Source: Actinomycetales bacterium
GTDB lineage: Bacteria > Actinomycetota > Actinomycetes > Actinomycetales > Micrococcaceae
DNA: 64,000 nucleotides
Direction of reading: 5' to 3'
Assembly: GCA_038199985.1 (NCBI GenBank)
Contig: JBBPYK010000088.1
Span: 9,555 to 73,554, forward strand
Shown: in pieces, positions 36,822 through 46,534 of the stretch
Numbering within the stretch: the stretch's first letter is position 1
Layout of the letters: every line of letters starts with the position of its first letter
Notes under the pieces: generated by a model
Seen by the model: only the letters and a program-made list of their open reading frames with translations
What the model was told of the DNA's origin: nothing
The model's database searches: none
Program-made: the position numbers and the translations under genes

Positions 36822-37961
36822 ATGCAGAGGTTCACGCAGTCCTCGTCTGTTATCGAACGTGTTTTTGCGCTCGCTGCGGCGCTGACCTGCCCCGTTTACC
36901 TGTTGTGGCAGGCTCTCAAGGTTTTTACTCATCCTGCCGAAGCTCCAGAGATGATGGGCCTCCACATTTTCAGTGTGAGCGTGCTGGCGGTGATCTGGGG
37001 GCTTTGTGTGTTGGCGGTACGCCGTCAATCTGGCGTACATCGAATTCCGGTGTACGCCGCGATTTATCTGACAACGGTTGTGGTGTGGGCGCTGCTGGCC
37101 GGTGCGGACCTCGTCATGCCGGGTTCGCCGTACGTTCCAGCCGTTTTCATTGGCCTGATGCTATTGGCTATCGCAGGGGAACGGCGCTGGCCGTACTGGG
37201 TGTGCTGGGGCAACTGTGCGCTGTTGGCGGCTGCCTCTCTGGGCGATGGAGTGGTGATGGCGTTTGCGAGCATGTTGTTTCCGCTCATTGTTGGAACATC
37301 GCTGCTGGTCGCACTTCGTGCGCTGTTGTTATTTGAGCAGAGTGTGCAGAACGCTGAACGTGAAGCCCGCAGTAGCGCGCTTGACACTGGCGACCAGTCG
37401 CTGCGCCTACTGGAGCAGGCCCACTGGGATGCGGTGGTGCATGACAACGTCATCAACGTTCTGCGCGCGGCGTCGACGGTGAGCTCCGGACGAGAACCAC
37501 GCTGGCTGGCTGCCGAGGCAACCAAGGCCGTTCAACTCCTGACCAGCCGGCCGTATGACGATGACCAGTCACCAGGCGACTTTGACCGCAGGCTGAGGAC
37601 TCTCACCCAAGAAGTGTCACCGGGTTGCACCTTCCGCAGCACCGTTGAACGAGAGCGGCCGGCCCTACCACGCGAGGTCTGTCAAGGGATTCTCGGTGCA
37701 ACGCTGGAGGCGCTGCGAAACGTAGAGCGGCATAGCCAAGCATCCGTATGCGCGGTGGACGCGTATGTTTCCGGGAACGCTGTACGTGTCCGGATCGAGG
37801 ACGACGGCGTGGGGTTCGACGAGCGGAAAGTCCCGGGTACCTGTATGGGCTTGGCGGGCTCCGTAAAGGGGCGGATGAACCTGATTGGTGCGGAAGCAAC
37901 CATCCGATCGGCGCCAGGCGAGGGCACGTCCATCATGCTTCAGTGGGAGCGCAGCCCGTGA
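36822..37961 (+). CDS. membrane sensor histidine kinase, HisKA_3/NarL-type (divergent)
   Basis: About five N-terminal TM helices. H-box-like WDAVVHDNVINVLRAA, N-box EALRNVERHS, G1 EDDGVGF, and a C-terminal APGEGTSIMLQW. Confidence 0.75.
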   Translation: MQRFTQSSSVIERVFALAAALTCPVYLLWQALKVFTHPAEAPEMMGLHIFSVSVLAVIWGLCVLAVRRQSGVHRIPVYAAIYLTTVVVWALLAGADLVMPGSPYVPAVFIGLMLLAIAGERRWPYWVCWGNCALLAAASLGDGVVMAFASMLFPLIVGTSLLVALRALLLFEQSVQNAEREARSSALDTGDQSLRLLEQAHWDAVVHDNVINVLRAASTVSSGREPRWLAAEATKAVQLLTSRPYDDDQSPGDFDRRLRTLTQEVSPGCTFRSTVERERPALPREVCQGILGATLEALRNVERHSQASVCAVDAYVSGNAVRVRIEDDGVGFDERKVPGTCMGLAGSVKGRMNLIGAEATIRSAPGEGTSIMLQWERSP

Positions 37962-39016
37962 AACCGTTGAAATGGTTCCTCTGCGGATACCTGATCATGC
38001 ATCTCGTGCTCGCTGTGATATTTCTGCACGCCACAACCAGTCCTGTCCTGTGGCTGAGTACGTTCGCGCTGGCTCTTGCCGCACTCGGCTGGCAACACGG
38101 CACCAGGGGCCGGAGCCGTGCGGCTTCCGTTGTGAACATCGCGATGATCCCGATCATGGCCGCTGTAGTCCTGGGAACCCTGAAACCCGATTTCGTGAAT
38201 ACGTACGCCAACTGGTGGCCCGGCGTCGCTGCGACCCTTCTTGCTATGCTCATTTTCGAAAACCGACCCCGGGTGGCGCTTGCGGCGCTGGCTGTCACTA
38301 TCGCCTCGGATGCGGTGGTGTCAGTACTTTTCCTAGGTTGGACCATGGATGCCCTTCAGTACGGTGGCGCTGCGCTCATGTCTCCAGTGCCCATGTATGC
38401 CGGCGCATCCGCCGTCGCGATCTTCCTTCGCCGCATGGCTGGCCAGCGCAGGGAACTGCGCGACGTCGATGCGTGGAACAAGCTTGCGCGCGAACAGTAC
38501 GTCCGCTCTCAGGTACAGCAGGATTCCGACGTCGAGGTGATGCGGATTCAGTCTCTTCCGTTGCTACAGCAGATCTCGGACCTGCATGAACGCTCGCGCA
38601 TCACCGGCGCGGACCGGGACCGCTGGGAACGTGGTGCCTTGGGACTGAGAGATGAACTGGCCGCCAGGCAACTGCTCAGTACGGAGCTGCGCGAGGCTGT
38701 CCGGTGTGCCCGGGCACGCGGCGTCGCCGTGGAACTGCAGGACGCTATGCGCACCAGCCGCAGACTCGTCCCCGAACAGGTGCTGGTCTTGCGGCAATCT
38801 GTCCTGGCGGCTCAGAAGGGGGACCGCCTGATGATGCGTAGACTCCCCGACGGCGGCGTTGCCGTGGTATTCATGGGAGACGACGCCGCCGCGTGGCTGG
38901 CACACGTCAACCTACCGGTTGACAGCGAATTGATGGAGGACGATGGCGTGGTCTATGTGACAATCGGCATGACGGCTGCCGCGTCTGCCCCCGATACCTC
39001 GGCAGGTTCAGTGTGA
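37958..39016 (+). CDS. hypothetical polytopic membrane protein with a roughly 190-aa cytoplasmic Arg/Glu-rich helical domain
   Basis: GTG at 37958 overlaps the kinase stop (GTGA). There are six or so TM helices, then ...RRELRDVDAWNKLAREQYVRSQVQQDSDVEVMRIQSLPLLQQISDLHERS... I recognise no family. Confidence 0.55.
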   Translation: MKPLKWFLCGYLIMHLVLAVIFLHATTSPVLWLSTFALALAALGWQHGTRGRSRAASVVNIAMIPIMAAVVLGTLKPDFVNTYANWWPGVAATLLAMLIFENRPRVALAALAVTIASDAVVSVLFLGWTMDALQYGGAALMSPVPMYAGASAVAIFLRRMAGQRRELRDVDAWNKLAREQYVRSQVQQDSDVEVMRIQSLPLLQQISDLHERSRITGADRDRWERGALGLRDELAARQLLSTELREAVRCARARGVAVELQDAMRTSRRLVPEQVLVLRQSVLAAQKGDRLMMRRLPDGGVAVVFMGDDAAAWLAHVNLPVDSELMEDDGVVYVTIGMTAAASAPDTSAGSV

Positions 39017-39714
39017 GCCGGGATATTTCGGTGGCCGTCGTCGATGATCATCCACTGGTGGGGGACGGGCTGCGTGCAGTGATCGGCTCCCGGGATTCTG
39101 GGATCCGGGTTTGCGCTGTGGCCGCCAGTGTCGCGGAGCTCATGGAACAGGGTTGCCCTCCGCCGGTGGCGGTGCTGCTGGATATCCGTCTGGCCGATGA
39201 GAGCAGAGCTCGCGAAAACGTTCACGCACTCATGATGTGGGGTGCGCGCGTGCTTGTTTATACTCAGGGCGACCAGGTTGAAGAGGTTCTGGAGGCGCTG
39301 GAGGCCGGGGCGCTTGGAGTGGTCCACAAACAGGATCCGATCGATGACCTCCTGGAAGCGATCAACATTGTGGCTACCGATGAGTTCCGTGTGGCGGACG
39401 ATGGCAGCGGGGAACTCAAACCGCGGCAGTACATTTCGCGCAGGCTCGCGCAGGCATTGGAAGTCCTCGCGGAGCGCTCGCCGGCAGCCAACCTCACGCC
39501 CCAGGAGCTGGAAGTTATTCGCCTCTACGCATCGGGGCTCATCAGCAAACATGTGGCGCGCTTCATGAATTTGTCTGAGGGGACCGTCAAAACGTATTTA
39601 AAACGGTCGAAAGACAAGCTCATTCAAGCTGGGTACTCCGCCAGCACTAAACATGAGATTCGTACTGCAGCTATCCGGTTGGGCATCGTTCCCCCGGTCG
39701 ATTCAGAAGCGTAG
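39013..39714 (+). CDS. LuxR/NarL-family response regulator
   Basis: Receiver motifs VAVVDDHPLV, VLLDIRLAD, VYTQ and VHKQ. HTH LTPQELEVIRLYASGLISKHVARFMNLSEGTVKTYLKR. GTGA overlap with the upstream gene. Confidence 0.85.
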   Translation: MSRDISVAVVDDHPLVGDGLRAVIGSRDSGIRVCAVAASVAELMEQGCPPPVAVLLDIRLADESRARENVHALMMWGARVLVYTQGDQVEEVLEALEAGALGVVHKQDPIDDLLEAINIVATDEFRVADDGSGELKPRQYISRRLAQALEVLAERSPAANLTPQELEVIRLYASGLISKHVARFMNLSEGTVKTYLKRSKDKLIQAGYSASTKHEIRTAAIRLGIVPPVDSEA

Positions 39715-39874
39715 TGAACCACCCCACGTGCCTGTGTCCTCCGAAAGCAGGACATGTCTGGTTCTTGTACCCCTTTAAGACGTCATGACAACCGTTGGGA
39801 CCTGCGGTTAGCTAAATAGCGTGGATGGATGAACGGCCATGCCACGTCTTCGGCACATGCGAGCCGACGTTGGG

Positions 39875-39919
39875 AAAGGTCTGTCCAGTATGGGGGTCTG
39901 GACAGGCCTTTCTTTTTTT
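39875..39919 (+). terminator. strong rho-independent terminator, plus-strand oriented
   Basis: AAAGGTCTGTCCAG-loop-TCTGGACAGGCCTTT followed by CTTTTTTTG. It lies 160 bp after the response-regulator stop. Confidence 0.7.
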
Positions 39920-39940
39920 GTCTGCCGCGACTACCTGTCG

Positions 39941-41278
39941 CTATTTCCGGACACCGGTGGGTGCTTCCGGGACTACCGCGATAGGCGTTCTGCCTGGTGA
40001 TTTCACCGGCAGCAGCACCAGCAGGCCCAACAACACCACGGCCATGATGCCCAGAATGCCGTACCGCTGGGCGCCGCCTATGGTGATGAAGAGGGTGAAG
40101 AGCGCGGGAGCCATGAAACTGACAGCGCGGCCCGTTGTTGCGTATAGCCCAAAGAGTTCACCCGACTCACCCTCTGGGGAGAGCCTGGCCAGATAGGCCC
40201 GCGAGCTGGACTGTGCAGGCCCCACGAAGAGGGTGAGAAACAGTCCGAATACCCAGAAACCGGCCGGCGTCGTCATGAAGAACAAGGCCGTTCCCGCCAC
40301 CAAAATGCCCACCAGTGCGGTGACGATCACCGGTTTTGGACCCACCCGGTCATCGAAATAGCCACCCGCCATCGCCCCCACGGCCGCAACCAGATTGCCC
40401 GCGATGGCGAAAACGATGACTTCCTGGAGCTCAAACCCGAACGTCCCAGCAGCTATGACGCCGCCGAAGGTGAAGACGGCTGCAAGCCCATCACGAAAGA
40501 TTGCGCTGGCGCCCAAGAAAAAGATGGTGTGCGGGCTGGTGCGGAAGATTGCGCGGATACGCCGGAACAGCAATCCGTACGAGGCGAGGAACCCTATGCG
40601 CGGCCCGGTCACTTTCTTTGACACTTCGGGCACGACCATCAGCACGGGAATGGCGAACACCCCAAACCAGATGGCACTGAACACGGCCACCATCCGAACG
40701 TTGAGCGCTCCCTCGGTGGGAATGCCCAGAAATCCCGGAGTGATGAAACCGAACAGCACAATGGCCAAGGCGAGAATGCCACCCACATAGCCCATTCCCC
40801 AGCCAAAGCCGCTGATCTTCCCGATCGTGGATGGCGTTGAAATCTGCAGCAGCATGGCGTTGTAGTTGACGCCTGCGAACTCCATGAACACGTTGGCCGC
40901 GGCTAACAGGGAGACGGCCAACAGCAGGAATTGCGGTTCGGGATACACGAAAAAACACAGTGCGGTGAGAAGGACTACCAGTGCGCTGTTGACTCCAAGC
41001 CAAAGTTTCCGTTTGCCGCCGGCGTCGGACCGCTGGCCCACCACCGGCGCCAGCACCGCGATCAGGAGCCCAGCAATAGTGAGTGCCGAACCCAGTACTT
41101 GTGAAACGTACTCTTCTCCGCCGAACGCCGCTGTAGTAGTCAGATAGACCGTGAATACAAAGGTGGTCATGATGGCGTTGAACGCAGCCGAGCCCCAGTC
41201 CCAGGACGCCCACGCGAGGATCTGGCGACGACTGACAGGACGCGGGCCAAGGGCCGGCTGTGTGGCGGGTGCGCTCAT
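39941..41278 (-). CDS. MFS transporter (UMF1/Atg22-like)
   Basis: 445 aa, about 12 TM helices, N-terminal RRQILAWASWDWGSAAFNAIMTTFVF typical of the UMF1 family. Confidence 0.8.
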   Translation of the reverse strand: MSAPATQPALGPRPVSRRQILAWASWDWGSAAFNAIMTTFVFTVYLTTTAAFGGEEYVSQVLGSALTIAGLLIAVLAPVVGQRSDAGGKRKLWLGVNSALVVLLTALCFFVYPEPQFLLLAVSLLAAANVFMEFAGVNYNAMLLQISTPSTIGKISGFGWGMGYVGGILALAIVLFGFITPGFLGIPTEGALNVRMVAVFSAIWFGVFAIPVLMVVPEVSKKVTGPRIGFLASYGLLFRRIRAIFRTSPHTIFFLGASAIFRDGLAAVFTFGGVIAAGTFGFELQEVIVFAIAGNLVAAVGAMAGGYFDDRVGPKPVIVTALVGILVAGTALFFMTTPAGFWVFGLFLTLFVGPAQSSSRAYLARLSPEGESGELFGLYATTGRAVSFMAPALFTLFITIGGAQRYGILGIMAVVLLGLLVLLPVKSPGRTPIAVVPEAPTGVRK

Positions 41279-41406
41279 GCCCTGATGCTATCCGCAACAC
41301 CTCCGTACGTCATCAATCGATGACCGCCCATATACGTCGGATAGAATGATCCAAGATTAACCCCGCTTTCCCCCTGCCGAGTTCATTAGAGTTGCGGAGT
41401 TAGATT

Positions 41407-44400
41407 GTGCTGGTGGTGCTCACCGTATTGTTCACGGTGGCCCTTGTCGCGCCCATACTCTTCGCTCGGATGGGCCGCAGCGCGTTCTACATTCTGGCAG
41501 CTGCCCCCGCTGTAGCGTTCATCTGGCTGATCTTCACCTTCTCCCGCTATACGCAGGCTGATCAGGCAGCGCTCGCCGGAAGCCCCCAGGCCCCGCCGTC
41601 GTTCCTTCAGGAGTGGGTTCCTGATCTCAAGCTCAACCTTGACTTCCGCATGGATGTCCTGGCCGCGGTCCTCTCGCTGCTGATTCTCGGTGTCGGTGCA
41701 CTGGTCTTGTTCTACTGTGCACGGTACTTCAAGAAGGACGACGCCGGTCTGGGTGCTTTCGGAGCGCAACTGCTGGCGTTCGCGGCGGCCATGTTTGGGC
41801 TTGTGACAGCGGACAACCTTCTGCTGGTCTATATCTTCTGGGAAATCACGACAGTCCTGTCCTACCTGCTAATCGGTTTTGCGCGGCACCGTCTCTCCGC
41901 CCGCCGTGCAGCTTTGCAGGCCCTGATCGTTACAACGTTCGGTGGCTTGGCCATGCTCGTTGGGTTCATCATCATCGGGGAGTCCGCAGGTACCTACCGA
42001 ATCTCCGCAATTCTGGCGGACACCAGTGGGCTGCTGGCGCAGGGCATTTTCGTGGATGTTGCCATCGCGCTTGTCCTGTTGGGCGCAATGACCAAGTCAG
42101 CGCAGGTTCCATTCCACTTCTGGCTCCCAGCTGCCATGGCTGCACCCACGCCCGTCAGCGCTTATCTGCACGCGGCAGCCATGGTGAAAGCGGGCATTTA
42201 CCTCGTGGCCAGGTTTGCTCCAGGTTTCGCGGAGACGGCTTTCTGGGACCCGATCATCATTGTGCTCGGGTTGGCCACGATGATCATCGGTGGATGGCGG
42301 GCGCTGCGTCAGTTCGACCTCAAACTCCTGCTCGCCTATGGCACTGTCAGCCAGCTGGGTTTCCTCATGCTCGTGGTGGGTGTTGGCAGCCGTGAGGCTG
42401 CTCTGGCAGGTCTGGGTCTCCTCCTCGCTCATGGCTTGTTCAAGGCGACACTTTTCCTGGTGGTGGGCATCATCGACCACCGTGCGGGCACCCGTGATCT
42501 GCGCGAACTGTCCGGTCTACGACGCAAGGCGCCGTGGCTGGCTGCGATTGCGGTGATCGGCGCTGCATCAATGGCTGGCCTTCCGCCACTTATCGGTTTC
42601 GTCGCTAAAGAATCCGTGTACGAGGCCTTCGTCCACGGGGTAGAGCACGACGGCGGCTGGACGTCTTGGGTTGTTCTGGTTGGAGTCGTTCTGGGCTCGG
42701 TCCTGACTTTTGCCTATAGCGCGCGCTTTGTGTGGGGCGGGTTTGGCACCAAAGATCCCGCCGAGGACACGCCGTTCAAGCGGATCGAACCCGAGTTTCT
42801 GGCGGCACCAGCGATCCTTGCAATCGTCACGGTGGTTCTAGGGTTGTGGGCGGCCCCGGTGGACCTGGTGGTGCAGCCTTATCTGGATCTGTTCCCCGAC
42901 GCTGGAACCGAGCGGCCGCACTTGGCGCTGTGGCATGGGATCAGCCCTGCCCTTGGCTTGACTATCGTGACCATTGGGCTCGGTGTCCTCTTGTTCTGGC
43001 AGCGCGGAAAAATGGAACGTCTCCAATCGCGTATGCACCGTGTCCCGGAGGCTGAACGCCTCTACCGAGGTACGGTCGGTGTGCTCGACGACGTCGCTAT
43101 CTGGGTCACCGGGCGCACCCAGCGAGGGTCTCTGGCGTTTTACTTGACGGTGATCCTGGGCATGGCCATCGTCACGCCACTGCTGTCGATCATTGGCCAT
43201 GACTTGCAGTTACCGAATAGATGGCACTGGTTCGATGGGCCCGCGCAGGCGGCTGTTGGTGCGGGAATCATCGTCGGCGCTTTAGGCGCCATCCGCGCCA
43301 ACAAACGATTCCTCGCAGTTCTGATGGTCAGTGTCGCCGGTTACGGTATGGCGTTGTTATTTGTCTTGCAGGGCGCTCCGGATCTGGCACTGACTCAGAT
43401 GCTGGTGGAGACGGTGGTGCTGGTGGCTTTTGTCTTGGCATTGCGTTCGTTGCCAGCTCGACTATGGGAAAGTCCACCGGGTAGGCACCGTATTCTGCGC
43501 GCAGTGTTGGGTGTCAGCTTTGGCCTCACCATGATGTTCATAGCGGCCAGCGCCATGGGCGCCCGCGTAGCAGCTCCGGTTTCTCTGGCGTTCCCGGGTC
43601 TGGCGCACGACGGCGGCGGGGGCGACAACATCGTCAATGTCACCCTGGTCGATATCCGTGCCTGGGATACGTTTGGTGAGATGTCGGTGCTCGCGATTGC
43701 CGCAACCGGTGTGGCGAGTCTGATCTTTGTGCGCAACCGCGGAGATAAGCGGCTGCGTTCAGCCGGCGTCGAGTCAGGGTCCGTTGACCGTGAGCGCGAG
43801 AAGAGTCTGGAGGGGCCCAGTCACGTAGCTGCCCTGGGTCTCGCGGAGAAGTTCAACACTGTCACGCGCAATAGCTGGCTTGTAGCCGGCCGTACACTTG
43901 CGCCGGAGCGCCGTTCCATCATCTTTGAAGTGGTGACGCGGCTTATTTTTCATTCGGTGATTGTGTTCTCCATCTTTTTGCTCCTCTCCGGGCACAATGC
44001 GCCTGGCGGGGGTTTTGCCGGTGGGCTGATGGCGGGGTTGGCTTTGACCGTCAGGTATCTGGCCGGTGGCCGATTCGAACTGGCCGAAGCAACGCCTGTC
44101 AGTGCTGGTGCGCTGCTCGGGTCAGGTCTGGCGCTGGCCTCATTGACTGCCATGGCGCCGCTGGTTCTGGGAGGACAGGTGTTTCAGAGCGCCATTCTGA
44201 AGTTCTCGATGCCGCTCTTCGGCGACGTCAAGTTCGTCACGTCGACGCTCTTCGACATCGGTGTCTATCTGGTGGTGGTGGGGCTGGTGTTGGATGTTCT
44301 GCGCAGCCTTGGTTCGGAAGTGGATGAGCGGACCGAAGAGGGAACCGAGGACGACGCCGAGGACTTCCCGGACGGACCAACCGTGGCCGTTGGGACGGCG

Positions 44401-44421
44401 AAAGAAGGTGACGCCACATGA
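41407..44421 (+). CDS. mrpA: Na+/H+ antiporter Mrp/Mnh subunit A (fused A+B)
   Basis: 1004 aa. NuoL-like core (KSAQVPFHFWLPAAMAAPTPVSAYLHAAAMVKAG) plus a C-terminal MnhB-like domain. Confidence 0.92.
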   Translation: MLVVLTVLFTVALVAPILFARMGRSAFYILAAAPAVAFIWLIFTFSRYTQADQAALAGSPQAPPSFLQEWVPDLKLNLDFRMDVLAAVLSLLILGVGALVLFYCARYFKKDDAGLGAFGAQLLAFAAAMFGLVTADNLLLVYIFWEITTVLSYLLIGFARHRLSARRAALQALIVTTFGGLAMLVGFIIIGESAGTYRISAILADTSGLLAQGIFVDVAIALVLLGAMTKSAQVPFHFWLPAAMAAPTPVSAYLHAAAMVKAGIYLVARFAPGFAETAFWDPIIIVLGLATMIIGGWRALRQFDLKLLLAYGTVSQLGFLMLVVGVGSREAALAGLGLLLAHGLFKATLFLVVGIIDHRAGTRDLRELSGLRRKAPWLAAIAVIGAASMAGLPPLIGFVAKESVYEAFVHGVEHDGGWTSWVVLVGVVLGSVLTFAYSARFVWGGFGTKDPAEDTPFKRIEPEFLAAPAILAIVTVVLGLWAAPVDLVVQPYLDLFPDAGTERPHLALWHGISPALGLTIVTIGLGVLLFWQRGKMERLQSRMHRVPEAERLYRGTVGVLDDVAIWVTGRTQRGSLAFYLTVILGMAIVTPLLSIIGHDLQLPNRWHWFDGPAQAAVGAGIIVGALGAIRANKRFLAVLMVSVAGYGMALLFVLQGAPDLALTQMLVETVVLVAFVLALRSLPARLWESPPGRHRILRAVLGVSFGLTMMFIAASAMGARVAAPVSLAFPGLAHDGGGGDNIVNVTLVDIRAWDTFGEMSVLAIAATGVASLIFVRNRGDKRLRSAGVESGSVDREREKSLEGPSHVAALGLAEKFNTVTRNSWLVAGRTLAPERRSIIFEVVTRLIFHSVIVFSIFLLLSGHNAPGGGFAGGLMAGLALTVRYLAGGRFELAEATPVSAGALLGSGLALASLTAMAPLVLGGQVFQSAILKFSMPLFGDVKFVTSTLFDIGVYLVVVGLVLDVLRSLGSEVDERTEEGTEDDAEDFPDGPTVAVGTAKEGDAT

Positions 44422-44909
44422 GCGTTAACATCACCCTGCTCGTGGTTATGGGTGCACTTTTTGCCATCGGAATTTACCTTTTGCTCGAGCGAAGCCTGAC
44501 TCGTGTCCTGCTGGGGATCATGCTGTTGGCCAACGGTGCAAACGTTCTTTTACTCTCCACCGGTGGTCTTTCGGGCAAAGCTCCGCTCTACAATGAGAAT
44601 ATTCCGGCTTCAGAATACACAGATCCGTTGCCACAGGCATTGATCCTGACATCCATTGTTATCTCGTTCGCCGTCACGGCCTTCATGTTGGGTCTGATCT
44701 ATCGTTCCTGGCTGCTGGCACGCCGCGATGAAGTTCAGGACGACGACGAGGACCGCCGCGTCGCATCCCAAAGTAGCTTCGACGAAGAGGACGACGCCGA
44801 GGTTCCGGCCGAAACCACTGAGTTCACCTCACCCGAGGAAAGCGAAGAGAGACCAGGATCCGTCAGGGTGGAAGATAAGCAGTACACCGATGGCGAGGAC
44901 ATCCGATGA
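44418..44909 (+). CDS. mrpC: Mrp/Mnh subunit C (NuoK-like) with acidic C-terminal tail
   Basis: The three-TM NuoK-like core ends near LIYRSWLL. It is followed by about 55 aa rich in D and E. Confidence 0.88.
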   Translation: MSVNITLLVVMGALFAIGIYLLLERSLTRVLLGIMLLANGANVLLLSTGGLSGKAPLYNENIPASEYTDPLPQALILTSIVISFAVTAFMLGLIYRSWLLARRDEVQDDDEDRRVASQSSFDEEDDAEVPAETTEFTSPEESEERPGSVRVEDKQYTDGEDIR

Positions 44910-46534
44910 CCCCGGACTTCGCCATCGTATCGATAGCGCCGCTGCCCGTAGTTCTACCGTTCCTCGGTGCTGCTCTGGCGTTCCTGCTCATCAGAAAGCC
45001 AAAACTTCAGCGACGGATCAGCACCGCCGTGCTCACACTGACGCTCATCATCGAGGTGCTGCTGTTACTGAACGCTTACGAATATGGCGCCCAAGCGGTA
45101 AATCTTGGCAACTGGGCAGCGCCATTTGGGATCACGCTTGTGGTGGATCGGCTCTCCGCCCTCATGCTGGTGGTGTCCACGGCGGTCAGCCTTGCCGTCT
45201 TGATCTATGCCACTGGGCAGGGCCAGGTGGACGGCGACGAAGATGCACCGGTTTCAATCTTCCACCCCACCTACCTGATCCTGGTTGCCGGAGTCTCCAA
45301 CGCATTCCTGGCCGGGGATTTGTTCAATCTGTATGTGGGCTTCGAGATCCTGTTGACCGCTAGCTACGTCTTGATGACCCTCGGAGGATCAGGTCCACGC
45401 ATCCGCGCTGGGGTGACCTACGTCGTCGTCAGCGTCATTTCCTCATTGTTGTTTCTGCTGGCGATCGGCATGATCTACGGTGCCACCGGAACCATCAACA
45501 TGGCGGATCTCGCGATCAAACTCGAGAATCTGGATTCGGGCATGCAGCTCACTCTGCACCTCATGTTGCTGGTGGCATTTGGGGTGAAGGCGGCTGTGTT
45601 TCCGTTGTCCTTCTGGCTCCCGGATTCCTACCCCACGGCACCGGCACCGGTTACCGCGGTCTTTGCCGGTTTGCTGACCAAAGTGGGTGTCTACGCGATG
45701 TTCCGCACGGAGACACTGCTTTTTCCGGGGGATCGGATCAATGACCTCCTAATGCTCGTCGCACTGCTGACCATGATCGTGGGAATTCTTGGTGCCCTCG
45801 CACAGTCAGACATCCGTCGACTACTGTCCTTCACACTCGTGAGCCATATCGGGTTCATGGTGTTTGGTCTGGCCATGTCTTCTGTAGCAGGGATAGGCGC
45901 GGCCATCTTCTACGTGGTTCACCACATTATTGTGCAGACCAGCCTGTTCCTCGTGTCGGGCCTGATAGAACGTCGCGGTGGCACCGCCAACGTGGACAAG
46001 CTCGGAGGGCTTGCACGGCTGTCGCCCCTGCTGGCGGTGCTGTATTTTGTTCCCGCAATGAATCTCGCGGGAATTCCCCCCTTCTCCGGATTCCTGGGGA
46101 AGCTAGGACTCCTGCAGGCAGGAGTGGATCTCGGAACGGTGACGGCGTACGTGCTGGTTGTTGGCAGCGTGGTCACGAGTCTGTTGACGCTGTTGGCTAT
46201 GGCAAGGGTCTGGAACCGGGCGTTTTGGCGCAGACCTGTCGACGCAGTGGACCCGGATCCGGTGCTGCTGCTGCCGGTCACTGCGGGCAGGTGGCGGGAC
46301 TATGCCCCTGGCGCAACGGCAACGGACACGGACGACGACGACGCAATGTTGGAGAGCAACAGCGCGAGTCTCTCGGCGCCCATGGTTGGATCGACCATTA
46401 GCCTGATCGCGCTTGGCATTGCCCTGACATTGTTCGCTGGTCCGCTGGTTGAGTTTTCAAATTTGGCAGCGCAGGACATGTTGGAACGCACCCCTTATAT
46501 TGAAGCTGTTTTCGGCGAGGGAGCTGGGCAATGA
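44906..46534 (+). CDS. mrpD: Mrp/Mnh subunit D (NuoN/M-like)
   Basis: KAAVFPLSFWLPDSYPTAPAPVTAVFAGLLTKVGVYA. Confidence 0.92.
   Translation: MTPDFAIVSIAPLPVVLPFLGAALAFLLIRKPKLQRRISTAVLTLTLIIEVLLLLNAYEYGAQAVNLGNWAAPFGITLVVDRLSALMLVVSTAVSLAVLIYATGQGQVDGDEDAPVSIFHPTYLILVAGVSNAFLAGDLFNLYVGFEILLTASYVLMTLGGSGPRIRAGVTYVVVSVISSLLFLLAIGMIYGATGTINMADLAIKLENLDSGMQLTLHLMLLVAFGVKAAVFPLSFWLPDSYPTAPAPVTAVFAGLLTKVGVYAMFRTETLLFPGDRINDLLMLVALLTMIVGILGALAQSDIRRLLSFTLVSHIGFMVFGLAMSSVAGIGAAIFYVVHHIIVQTSLFLVSGLIERRGGTANVDKLGGLARLSPLLAVLYFVPAMNLAGIPPFSGFLGKLGLLQAGVDLGTVTAYVLVVGSVVTSLLTLLAMARVWNRAFWRRPVDAVDPDPVLLLPVTAGRWRDYAPGATATDTDDDDAMLESNSASLSAPMVGSTISLIALGIALTLFAGPLVEFSNLAAQDMLERTPYIEAVFGEGAGQ

Noticed and set aside
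37748-37957. 70-codon upstream extension of the middle gene of the two-component triad. Analogous extensions occur at 18141-18329, 48753-48926, 31747-31878 and 56008-56079.
   Set aside because: These extensions overlap the preceding gene in another frame. Internal starts that create ATGA or GTGA coupling, or that follow a good RBS, fit better.
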